NCBI GenBank assembly: GCA_047602425.1 | Contig: JASGHG010000001.1 | Location: forward strand, 2,496,001 to 2,560,000 | Origin: Nibricoccus sp. | GTDB taxonomy: Bacteria; Verrucomicrobiota; Verrucomicrobiia; Opitutales; Opitutaceae | Length of the DNA: 64,000 nucleotides | Direction of reading: 5' to 3' | Part shown: positions 58,744 through 64,000 of the stretch, in pieces | Position numbering within the stretch: the first letter of the stretch is position 1 | Layout of the letters: every line of letters starts with the position of its first letter | The notes under the pieces: model-generated | What the model was told of the DNA's origin: nothing | The model's database searches: none | Seen by the model: only the letters and a program-made list of their open reading frames with translations | Made by a program: the position numbers and the translations under genes

Positions 58744-59362
58744 TGGGTTTTTTGTTGGGGTTTAATGTCAGTCACGCCAATATCCAAGGGCATCACACGC
58801 ATTGGGATACGTGCGTTGCTTGGACACAGACGTGCAGGGGTACGACAACTGACAGTGGGTGTTGGGGTATTAGCGCTAGTTGCGCTAATGATTGGGACTG
58901 CTAATAGCGAGAGGTTGGAAAGCGAAACGTTTTTTCTCGGACAGTAAGAGGGTGAAAACGCTCTTAACAGGGTCCAAAAGGACGCATCGCAGGGGTGGTC
59001 GGGTAGGGGTGAGTGTGCGTTTAAGTAATTTTTGGAAACCGCCAAAAGCAAATTGATTTCAAATTTAAGGCCCTCCCTATTTATGGGGAGAAAAGAAGGT
59101 CTGAGGCCTTCCGCCTCGTGCGCGCTCAGCGCCCTTCGCCCAAGCTTTTTACGTCGCAATTCCCTAACCGGCAAAGTCATCCAGCTGGCGGGAGAGCGAG
59201 AATGTTGGGCTGCGGCTGGATCAGGGAAGTCGTTCCGAAAAAGCCGATAACCGTTACCGAAGTGAGTGAGGGGGTGCCACGCAACCGTCCTCAGGTACAA
59301 GATGCCGATTTTAATTAGTTCGGAATCGGGGTTGAAACTTTTGCGCCGTCAATTCATGAAAC

Positions 59363-60955
59363 TTAAGGCAGCGCTTTGTAACGGAAGTTCTTGAAGCGAA
59401 CTTCGCCAATGCCTGCGGCGATGAGCGTCGGCCGCAGACTGAGGAAACCGCCGGCCACGTTGTGGTGGTAGCCGGAGACTTCGAACTGCATCCAATGTTT
59501 GGTCCAGCGCTGGCCGTCGGTGCTGTGCCAAACAGTGACGACGTGGTGGTCGTTGCGGAGCCGCAAATGGAAATGTTGGCCGATAGAGGATGGTTTCTGA
59601 AACGTCGAGGTGTCGCCCTTGCTGTACTCCAGCATGTTGTCCTTGGAGAAACCGAGCCCGGCGAAGAGGCGCTCGCTGTAGAACACGAGAAGACCCGCAG
59701 TCGCACCGGTGTCGCAATCGACTTCGACTTCCATCTCGTAGGCTTGATCGCCGCAAACAAACGAAAGCGGCGAACAATCCTTCGGCGACGTGCCGGCGGC
59801 CTTCACCACCAGTGCGCCGTTTTCGTAGCGGAAACGTTCTTTGATCGGGCCGTTGGGATGGAAGAAGCTCCACTGGTTGCCGATTTTGTTGGTTTTAAAA
59901 TCGTCGGAAAACGCGAGCCCATGCGGAACCGCCGTGCCGCCCGTCGGCATTGGGATGGGCCGCGACACGTCGTAGTCGGACGCTTTCACCCAGCCGTCGT
60001 TAGTCCACTCGACTGGTTCGAGCAGGGTTTGGCGGCCGAGATTGTAGTAGCCGTTTTCGTAAGCGTGATAAACAAGGTACCATTGTTTGCCGTCCGGGCC
60101 TTCGACCAGGGTTGCGTGGCCTTTCGACCACCATTTCTCCGCGGCGGTATGCGTGCGGACCACGGGATTGTAGGGCGAGTTTTCCCACGGGCCTTCGATG
60201 TTTTTGGAGCGGGCCATGATGACCATGTGACTCGTCGCCGGTCCGGCTGTGCCGCCTTCGGCCAGCACCATGTAGTAGTAGTCGCCATGCCGCAGAATCT
60301 TCGGCCCTTCTTGTGCGAAGGTTTCCACATCCCAATGCTCGGGATATTGCCAGCCGTCGTAGATTTTTTTGGCCGGGCCGGTCACGCTCAACCCGTCGTC
60401 AGACAACGGCGCGTAGTGACCGCCGCTGAGGAAAACGTAGCGCTTGCCGTCCGGTCCCACGGCGTGACCGGGATCGATGTGGCTCACCTTGAGGTCCACG
60501 GGATCGCTCCACGGCCCGTGAATATCGTCAGCATAGACCACCATGTTGGTTAGACTATTCGCGCCGAGTGCTGGAAAATAGATGTAGAAACGGCCCTTGT
60601 GATAAGCCAGATCGGGAGCCCAGACATTTCCGACGTAACGATTGAGCGCGGGGCCAACCGGCTCCCAATTCACCAAATCGCGCGAGTGCCAGATCAAAAG
60701 CCCGGGAACGCTTTCGAACGACGAGTGCACCATGTAGTAGTCGCTCCCAACTTTCAGCACCGACGGGTCGGGATGGTCACCCGCGAGAATCGGATTGAGG
60801 AAGGAGCCGTTGCCGAGATCGGCCTTGCGCTGGCCTTCGATGCCTCGGCCCCAGGTCGATGGCATAGAGTTCGGCATGGCGGAAAAACCGGCGGCCGCGG
60901 TCAGGAAACCGGAAGCCAGGACGAGCGGTGAGAGAAATCGTTTGATGAAGGGCAT
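59363..60955 (-). CDS. Secreted GH43 glycoside hydrolase (beta-xylosidase/arabinosidase type) with C-terminal beta-sandwich
   Basis: NPILAGDHPDPS, WAPD, IDP, EGP and GHATLVE; signal peptide. Confidence 0.92.
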   Translation of the reverse strand: MPFIKRFLSPLVLASGFLTAAAGFSAMPNSMPSTWGRGIEGQRKADLGNGSFLNPILAGDHPDPSVLKVGSDYYMVHSSFESVPGLLIWHSRDLVNWEPVGPALNRYVGNVWAPDLAYHKGRFYIYFPALGANSLTNMVVYADDIHGPWSDPVDLKVSHIDPGHAVGPDGKRYVFLSGGHYAPLSDDGLSVTGPAKKIYDGWQYPEHWDVETFAQEGPKILRHGDYYYMVLAEGGTAGPATSHMVIMARSKNIEGPWENSPYNPVVRTHTAAEKWWSKGHATLVEGPDGKQWYLVYHAYENGYYNLGRQTLLEPVEWTNDGWVKASDYDVSRPIPMPTGGTAVPHGLAFSDDFKTNKIGNQWSFFHPNGPIKERFRYENGALVVKAAGTSPKDCSPLSFVCGDQAYEMEVEVDCDTGATAGLLVFYSERLFAGLGFSKDNMLEYSKGDTSTFQKPSSIGQHFHLRLRNDHHVVTVWHSTDGQRWTKHWMQFEVSGYHHNVAGGFLSLRPTLIAAGIGEVRFKNFRYKALP

Positions 60956-61014
60956 GACATGGGCGGGGTTGATTGAAGACGGCGTAGTCTAGCCAAAATC
61001 GACGGCAGGATCCT

Positions 61015-61872
61015 ATGGACAAAACTGCCCAAAGCATGGACGGTTTAAACATGCCCTCCAAGATCAAGGCCGTGCGCTGGCGCACCGCGCAGACCCTCCA
61101 TCAGATCCAGATTTTGTCGTGCGATCTTTGCGACTTTGTCACTTGGGAATCTCCCGACCACTGCGCGCCTTTTTGGCGATTGTACTGGCACAACAAACGA
61201 GGCGGGGAAATCGCCGTGGCCGGAAAATCGATTCCCCTCCGGCCGGGCTGCTTGCTGTTGATCCCGCCCAATACCCATTTCTCGTCGCGGCTGCGAAATC
61301 CCGTGCGACAACTGTTCGTGCATTTCCTCGTCGAACCACGCTTCCGCGGTAAAGGGAACGCGGTGTTTCAAATTCCTCTGACGAAGGAGCTGGCCAGCCA
61401 CTGCAAACAGATCGCCGGGCAGCTCACGAGCGACACCTTGAGTCTCAGGACGTCGCTGTTAAGTCAGATTCTTGTCTCAAAGGCATTGTTAGAGCTCCCG
61501 CTCAACGAATGGGCTCCTCGGTTTGAGGATCCGCGCATCACGAACGCCGTCGAGGCGATCGCGAAGGAGTATCCCGCCAGGCTCGACAACGTGACGCTGG
61601 CCCGCAAAGCGCGCATGCATCCGTCGGCCTTCATCCGGCTCTTTCGCCAGTGCACGGGTCACACTCCGCTCGACTACCTCACCAACCTGCGACTCGAGGA
61701 AGCCTGCTCCATGCTTCACTACGACGAAGCATCGCTCGACGAAATTGCCGATAAGACCGGTTTCGGCGAACGCGGATATTTCACCCGGATTTTTTCGCGG
61801 AACATGAATTGTTCGCCCGCCAGATATCGGAAACTCGTCAATGTCAGCAACCGCCTGCGTCCGGGCGGTTGA
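61015..61872 (+). CDS. AraC family transcriptional regulator, divergent from GH43
   Basis: Cupin-like LLLIPPNT; HTH FIRLFRQCTGHTP...EIADKTGF...YFTRIF...SPARYR. Confidence 0.92.
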   Translation: MDKTAQSMDGLNMPSKIKAVRWRTAQTLHQIQILSCDLCDFVTWESPDHCAPFWRLYWHNKRGGEIAVAGKSIPLRPGCLLLIPPNTHFSSRLRNPVRQLFVHFLVEPRFRGKGNAVFQIPLTKELASHCKQIAGQLTSDTLSLRTSLLSQILVSKALLELPLNEWAPRFEDPRITNAVEAIAKEYPARLDNVTLARKARMHPSAFIRLFRQCTGHTPLDYLTNLRLEEACSMLHYDEASLDEIADKTGFGERGYFTRIFSRNMNCSPARYRKLVNVSNRLRPGG

Positions 61873-62024
61873 GTTGCTCGCCCCGCCCGAAATAAGGCCG
61901 CGCGGCGCTTTCGATCTATTTCACTTCCATGTCCGAAAACGGCGAGCGCGCTTCGCAAAAATGGTCCATAATGCGCACAGTTGAAACAACGCTGCTGCAG
62001 CAGACCAACCTGAGGAAAAGAGAA

Positions 62025-62570
62025 ATGACCTACTTCTACAAAGAGATGAAATCGCCCGTCGGCCTGCTGAAACTCGTGGCCGGTGCGGAGGGACTGGCGG
62101 CCATTCTGTGGGAGAACGACGATCCAAAACGCGTTCGGCTCAGCCCGCTCGAGGAAAATGAAAACCACCCGACCTTGCTCGAAGCCGAGCGTCAGTTGAC
62201 CGACTATTTTGCGGGCAAACTCGAAAGATTTTCCGTGAAACTCGCTTTCGCCGGCGGCACCGCCTTTCAGAAACAAGTCTGGACGGCGCTTACAACCATC
62301 CCGTTCGGCGAAACCCGAAGCTATGCCGAAATCGCCCGCCAAATCGGCAGCCCCAAAGCCGTGCGCGCCGTCGGCGCCGCCAACGGCAGAAATCCCATTT
62401 CGATCATCGCGCCCTGTCACCGTGTGATCGGGGCAAACGGCAAGCTCACCGGCTTTGCCGGCGGCTTGGAAACTAAGGCCTTCCTGTTGAAGCTGGAGGC
62501 CAAAGACGAACCTTCTGAAAGCGGTGAACAATTCCAACTGCAATCGCTCGGCGGGGATGGCGATGATTGA
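62025..62570 (+). CDS. ogt: Methylated-DNA--protein-cysteine S-methyltransferase
   Basis: SPVG, GTAFQ, IPFGETRSY, RAVGAANGRNP and active-site PCHRV; ATG at 62025 follows GAGGAAAAG. Confidence 0.95.
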   Translation: MTYFYKEMKSPVGLLKLVAGAEGLAAILWENDDPKRVRLSPLEENENHPTLLEAERQLTDYFAGKLERFSVKLAFAGGTAFQKQVWTALTTIPFGETRSYAEIARQIGSPKAVRAVGAANGRNPISIIAPCHRVIGANGKLTGFAGGLETKAFLLKLEAKDEPSESGEQFQLQSLGGDGDD

Positions 62571-64000
62571 CGGCAACATCGCCTACCGCGCGCTGACCTC
62601 CCGCGATCCGCGCTTCGACGGCGTGTTTTTCGTCGGCGTCACGTCGACGGGAATTTATTGCCGTCCCGTTTGCCCGGTAAAAACACCGCGGCAAAAGAAC
62701 TGTCGTTTTTTCGAGAGCGCCGAAGCGGCGGAAAAAGCGCGCTTCCGCCCATGTCTGCGCTGCCGCCCCGAACTCGCGCCGGGCCATGCGCCGATGGATA
62801 ACGCCGATCGCATCGCACACTTGATGGTTCAGCGCATCAACGAAGGGCAGGTGACCGACGGCACGAATCTGGACGAAATCGCCGCGCAATTTGGCATTAG
62901 CTCCCGCCAGTTGCGCCGCATCGTGCAGAGTGAGCTCGGCGTTTCGCCGATCGAGCTGCTGCAAACGCGCCGGTTGCTCCTGGCGAAGCAATTGCTGACA
63001 GAAACCCAGCTTCCCGTCACCGAAATCGCGTTTGCCAGCGGCTTTTCCAGCCTGCGCCGCTTCAATGACGCCTTCAGCGCCCAATATCGCATGCCGCCAA
63101 CCCGTCTGCGTCGGGAGGCTACGAACCACGTGCCAGATGCCAACAGCGCCGGCACTTCGACGCTGCAACTCAGCTATCGTCCTCCCTACGACTGGCCGGG
63201 AATCCTCGCCTTTCTCGACGCGCGAAAGATCAAGGACGTGGAACACATTTCCGACGGCTGCTATTTGCGCACCGTTCGCCTCGGCAAACACACGGGTTGG
63301 ATCAAAGTCGCCCACGCTTCGGAAAAACGCGCGCTGTTGGTGGAGTTTAGCCACTCGTTGATGCCGGTTCTGCCGGCGTTGTTGGGACGTTTGCGCAACC
63401 TGTTCGATCTCGCCGCGCGGCCGGATTTGATCGCCGCTCAACTCGCCAAATCCGCAGCGTTGAAAAAAATCGTCGCGAAAAATCCGGGCCTGCGCGTCCC
63501 CGGCGCCTTCGACGGCTTCGAAATGGCGGTGCGGGCCATCCTCGGGCAACAAATCACCGTGAAGGCCGCCACGACCCTCAGCTGCCGTTTCGCCGAGGCT
63601 TTCGGGGAGAAAATCGAAACGCCGTATTCGGAGCTCACGCGCTTGACGCCCCTGGCCGAACGCATTGCCAGAGCCAGCGTCGACGACGTCGCCCGGCTCG
63701 GCATCATCGGCACGCGCGCGCAAAGCATCGTCGCTTTGGCGCAGGCCTGTGGTTCCGGTCTTCTCGCGCTCGAGGCCGGAGCCAATCACGAATCAGCGAT
63801 GGCCCGTCTCGTGACAATTCCCGGCATCGGCCCCTGGACGGCGCACTACGTCGCCATGCGAGCCCTGCGCTGGCCGGACGCTTTTCCCAAGGAAGACATC
63901 GCCGTGCGCAACAACCTCGGCGGCGTGAGCCCGAAACAAGCGGAGGAACTATCGCAAGCGTGGCGCCCCTGGCGCAGCTACGCGGTCATGCACATCTGGC
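62557..64000 (+). CDS. alkA: Ada(Zn/HTH)-AlkA fusion DNA-3-methyladenine glycosylase II (truncated by window edge; absent from the ORF track)
   Basis: RDPRFDG...TGIYCRPVC...FRPCLRCRPE, AraC-type HTH, YRPPYDW, LGQQITV, IPGIGPWTA and WRPWRSYA, all in one frame. Confidence 0.93.
   Translation, partial: MAMIDGNIAYRALTSRDPRFDGVFFVGVTSTGIYCRPVCPVKTPRQKNCRFFESAEAAEKARFRPCLRCRPELAPGHAPMDNADRIAHLMVQRINEGQVTDGTNLDEIAAQFGISSRQLRRIVQSELGVSPIELLQTRRLLLAKQLLTETQLPVTEIAFASGFSSLRRFNDAFSAQYRMPPTRLRREATNHVPDANSAGTSTLQLSYRPPYDWPGILAFLDARKIKDVEHISDGCYLRTVRLGKHTGWIKVAHASEKRALLVEFSHSLMPVLPALLGRLRNLFDLAARPDLIAAQLAKSAALKKIVAKNPGLRVPGAFDGFEMAVRAILGQQITVKAATTLSCRFAEAFGEKIETPYSELTRLTPLAERIARASVDDVARLGIIGTRAQSIVALAQACGSGLLALEAGANHESAMARLVTIPGIGPWTAHYVAMRALRWPDAFPKEDIAVRNNLGGVSPKQAEELSQAWRPWRSYAVMHIW

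Noticed and set aside
58744..59362. Riboswitch/ncRNA or the 186-aa ORF in the long intergenic region
   Set aside because: No recognisable RNA motif or protein signature by eye; an Rfam scan would be needed.
62473..63789. 438-aa minus-strand ORF
   Set aside because: It is antisense to the Ada-AlkA gene, which the ORF track missed because it has no stop in the window.
62025..64000. ogt/ada-alkA as self-resistance to a colibactin-like alkylating product
   Set aside because: These are common housekeeping repair genes about 55-60 kb from the PKS block, and no colibactin-specific genes (peptidase, ClbS) are seen.

Overview
A GC-rich bacterial window. Lineage is inferred only: the TMTC-like/TPR arrays, 32-aa Trp/DP/LP solenoid proteins and DUF1573 suggest Verrucomicrobiota or a PVC relative. 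(1) Positions 1-42.3 kb form one co-directional minus-strand locus headed by an RfaH/NusG-family gene. It encodes a Wzx/Wzy-type surface polysaccharide pathway: priming transferase, Wzc-like protein, Wzy-like protein, Wzx, GT2/GT4, WbpA/B/E/D-like diamino-uronic acid enzymes, and many deacetylases and acyltransferases. These genes are interleaved with thiotemplate enzymes: a C-A(Thr)-T-LbH acyltransferase NRPS, a DH-MT-FkbH-ACP protein, a Ser-A/ACP/two-dehydrogenase (aminomalonyl-ACP-type) cassette, and a hybrid-type KS-AT PKS. The PKS carries a 1-nt frameshift near 1513 and runs off the left edge. The best candidate for an undescribed system is NRPS/PKS-built acyl decoration of a surface glycan. 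(2) Positions 43.1-58.7 kb hold a polyprenol-P-sugar synthase-like GT2, four TMTC-like (GT-C + TPR) genes, two alpha-solenoid paralogues and a secreted Ser/Thr-rich protein, which together form a candidate protein O-glycosylation locus with a recent 1.18-kb internal duplication. (3) Positions 59.3-64 kb hold GH43, an AraC regulator, ogt and an Ada-AlkA fusion. No rRNA, tRNA, CRISPR array or mobile element was recognised. All assignments come from motif reading by eye, and no searches were run.
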